From an uncultured bacterium (GTDB lineage: Bacteria; Auribacterota; Erginobacteria; Erginobacterales; Erginobacteraceae), in the NCBI GenBank assembly GCA_963822585.1, contig CAWGIE010000035.1, forward strand, positions 234,749 through 298,748: 64,000 nt of DNA, written 5' to 3'. This document shows positions 61,349-64,000 of this stretch, one piece after another. Position 1 is the stretch's first letter; each line of letters opens with the position of its first letter. The notes beneath the pieces are model-generated. The model did no database searches. It was not told where the DNA came from and was given only the letters and a program-made list of their open reading frames with translations. The position numbers were made by a program, and so were the translations under genes.

Positions 61349-64000
61349 ATGAGTCAGCATGCTGTCATTAAGCGGTGGGTAAAAATCATCACCGCCGGCG
61401 CTCTTCTCCTGGCCGGCTGGTCGATGACGGAGTGTGCCTTCCCCGCCTCGACCGCCATCAAAACGATCCAATATTCCTGGGACACCAGAGAGGGAGCTTC
61501 ATCGAGTCCCCTGGCCTCGGCGACAGCTTACTCATTCACCCCCTCCAAGAACATATACATCCCCGACAAGGGAGCGGAGGCATTCAGAAAGGCGTTCGTC
61601 GTTTACCATGTCCAGGCAGCCTCTGCCAATAACGTCAGCAACATCGACGTTGCTCTGAACATCGGGGGAACGGACCGGAGCCCGGACAGCGACCCGGTGA
61701 CCGGCCAATACACGGTCAACAGCGGTGAGAGCGTGATGGTTTACGTGGTGGCGGACTTCACCTCGGCCTTCACGACTTACTGGAGCAACGGCGTCGCAGC
61801 TTATCCGAAGATTACCGTCACCGGTCCGACCAGCCAAGCGCAGGCGGCCAAGCTCTACCTTACGTACGAGTACAATGACCGGGCGTCAACCCAGATCAGG
61901 ACCGCCAGGTATTTTGTCGGCAGCCAGATCGCGGAGACCGCGGCCGGGGGGACGGCGGCCTGGACGCACACGATCGGCATCCCGGAAACCGGCGTCACCG
62001 TCAGGGACAAATGGTATGAGATTCACGCCCACTCCGCTCAAAACTCGGCCACCGACTTTTCCGTCAGGATGCGGATCGCGGGCGATGCCAACACCACGGC
62101 GGGGTGGCTGGAAATGGCTACGAGGAGTGACATGGACCTCTGGTACGTTTCCGTACCGACCGCTTCCTGGGCCTACAACACCTCCCAGACCCTCACGGTG
62201 ACCACCTCCGGCATAACGTGCGATACGCTGTGCGGGGAGGCGTTCGTCACCTACGAGTATTCCGCGGCCAGCGCCAGCCAGATCAATACGGTCACGTACG
62301 CGCTCGGGGCGGCCGATGTCAACGGCACAAACACGCTCTATACCTTCGGGCAGCCGGTCTATCTCCCGGAGCTGAAATCCGGCAGCGCAGCCAATATCAA
62401 GAGCGCGTACTTCGAGATCTTCGCGGATGTAGTTGCTGATTCCACCGCCACCGTCTATGCGCGCATCGGGGCGACCAATCAGGCTTCCAGAACCTACACC
62501 ACCAACCTGGGGGGAGAGAGCGTCGAGGGGTTCCGCTGGTTCCACGATGTCACCTCCTTCCTGCAGGCAAACTGGTCGAGCGGTACAACGGTGAATCTCA
62601 GGATCCAATCCTCGGCTGCCACCGCGCTCTATTTTGTGAGCGGCCTCCTGCACATCACCTACGAGGTCGATCCGTTGCTGGAAACGGTATTGAACAATAC
62701 GGTATTTCCCGCCGGCCAAAAGCCGGCTTATAGCACTGGAGACCCCTGGCAAAGCGGAACGTTGACCTTCTTCGCCCCCGAGTCCGGCAAGACGCTGAGA
62801 AGCGCCGGTCTGACGGCATACTGGATCGGCAGGGCAACCGCTTCCGAGGCAAGGCAAACCCGGATCCAGGACGGCGGCGCGTGGGGCTCGCCGCTCTCGC
62901 TGACAACGGGCAGCAGCGGGGAGGCCCTCACTTCCGTTTCGGTCAACAATGACTCCGCCGGCAAAATCACCAGCAACCTCTCGGACCTCACGTACAACTT
63001 TGAATACGATTTTGGAACCGGAGCGGCAGTCGGCGGCACTCTCTTTTTCACCTACGAACGCGCGAAACCAAAGCCGACGCCTTCTCCCTCGCCGACCGCC
63101 ACGCCCACTGCCACACCGACGGTCACGCCCTCCCCTCCGCCGACCGCTACGCCCTCTCCTTCACCGAGCCCATCGCCGACCTCGACTGTCACCCCCACAG
63201 TCTCGCCGTCCGCTATCCCGACTTCCTCTCCCCCGCCGACGCCATCTCCGATCCCGACTCCGGTAGGTCTCCCCTCTCCCTGGGTGCATCAGGATGTCGG
63301 CAGCGTGGGCGTGGCCGGGGACGCCTCTTACTCCGGCGGACTTTTCACGGTTGACGGGGACGGGGCCGACATCTGGGGCACCGCCGACGCGTTCCATTTC
63401 GTCTATCAATCATTATCAGGGGACGGAGAGATTTACGCCCGGGTAGCCAGCGTGGAGAACACCGATCCCTGGGCGAAAGCGGGGGTGATGATCCGGGAAG
63501 AGCTGACCGCCGGATCCACTCACGCCATGAGCGTCGTCACTGTCGGCAACGGCATCGCCTTTCAGCGCCGGACCGTTACCGATGGCGCCAGCGATCACAC
63601 TGCGGGAGGAGCTTATTCGGCGCCCTACTGGGTGCGGCTGGTCCGCGGCGGCGACACCTTCACCGGTTACGAGTCGCCCGACGGCGTCTCCTGGACGGTA
63701 GTCGGTTCGGTGACTATCTCCATGTCGAATGATGTTTATATCGGTTTGGCCGTGACTTCTCACAACGGGACCGAGCTGTGCACCTCGGGGATCGATAACG
63801 TCACCGTGATCACTCCTCCGCCCAGTCCGACTCCTTCCCCCAGCGTTACTCCGACCGCCGTTCCCTCGCCGACGGCGCCGGTGGAAGTCTTGCTCTCGGT
63901 CGCCGATTCCTACGTGAACCAGAACTCGGGCAACACGAACTACGGGACGGCCACGACCATGTCGGTGAGGAGCAACTCCGCGGGCACCCCCGATACCAAT
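61349..64000 (+). CDS. Second giant secreted surface protein (runs off the window)
   Basis: Frame open from ATG 61349 ([23 protein letters not shown]...) to the end, absent from the ORF track because it has no stop; beta-rich N-terminus, PT linker, shared cassette. Confidence 0.85.
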   Translation, partial: MSQHAVIKRWVKIITAGALLLAGWSMTECAFPASTAIKTIQYSWDTREGASSSPLASATAYSFTPSKNIYIPDKGAEAFRKAFVVYHVQAASANNVSNIDVALNIGGTDRSPDSDPVTGQYTVNSGESVMVYVVADFTSAFTTYWSNGVAAYPKITVTGPTSQAQAAKLYLTYEYNDRASTQIRTARYFVGSQIAETAAGGTAAWTHTIGIPETGVTVRDKWYEIHAHSAQNSATDFSVRMRIAGDANTTAGWLEMATRSDMDLWYVSVPTASWAYNTSQTLTVTTSGITCDTLCGEAFVTYEYSAASASQINTVTYALGAADVNGTNTLYTFGQPVYLPELKSGSAANIKSAYFEIFADVVADSTATVYARIGATNQASRTYTTNLGGESVEGFRWFHDVTSFLQANWSSGTTVNLRIQSSAATALYFVSGLLHITYEVDPLLETVLNNTVFPAGQKPAYSTGDPWQSGTLTFFAPESGKTLRSAGLTAYWIGRATASEARQTRIQDGGAWGSPLSLTTGSSGEALTSVSVNNDSAGKITSNLSDLTYNFEYDFGTGAAVGGTLFFTYERAKPKPTPSPSPTATPTATPTVTPSPPPTATPSPSPSPSPTSTVTPTVSPSAIPTSSPPPTPSPIPTPVGLPSPWVHQDVGSVGVAGDASYSGGLFTVDGDGADIWGTADAFHFVYQSLSGDGEIYARVASVENTDPWAKAGVMIREELTAGSTHAMSVVTVGNGIAFQRRTVTDGASDHTAGGAYSAPYWVRLVRGGDTFTGYESPDGVSWTVVGSVTISMSNDVYIGLAVTSHNGTELCTSGIDNVTVITPPPSPTPSPSVTPTAVPSPTAPVEVLLSVADSYVNQNSGNTNYGTATTMSVRSNSAGTPDTN
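63254..64000 (+). repeat. Direct repeat copy 2 of the coding cassette
   Basis: Matches 53813-54561 and is in frame throughout. Confidence 0.95.

Noticed and set aside
53813..64000. Duplicated segment as a DGR template/variable repeat pair
   Set aside because: Several differences are at A in copy 1 but many are not; the repeat is far longer than a typical TR, both copies are coding, and no reverse transcriptase is in the window.

Overview
GC-rich bacterial chromosomal segment from a diderm (lpxH, FadL-like porin, Lnt). The Pro/Thr-linker plus DYDGDG-repeat surface proteins hint at a PVC-related candidate lineage, which is unverified. The many single-base frameshifts look like long-read errors. 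Contents, left to right: (i) a lipid/triterpenoid-handling locus with FadL-like porin, HpnA/3-beta-HSD-like SDR, HpnB-like GT2 and an RND + PhnD-fold + TPR lipoprotein trio resembling BstABC sterol transport; (ii) housekeeping genes (pcm, dacA-like, beta-CASP hydrolase, maf, pfkA, wecB, stand-alone fusA, lpxH, thiD, def); (iii) two small TA-like modules and one DDE insertion sequence with an extra internal IR; (iv) a polyprenol-P-sugar synthase followed by four GT-C/TPR (TMTC-like and PMT/ArnT-like) glycosyltransferases; (v) a PAS kinase/NarL-type regulator followed by a twice-repeated unit of palindromic box, LysM-FecR protein and giant Pro/Thr-rich surface protein, the two giants sharing a near-identical ~750 bp cassette. 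Most intergenic regions hold nested palindromic repeats: 7-, 8- and 9-bp periodic inverted arrays, GTAG-type REPs and IS200-like remnants. No rRNA, tRNA or CRISPR array was seen.
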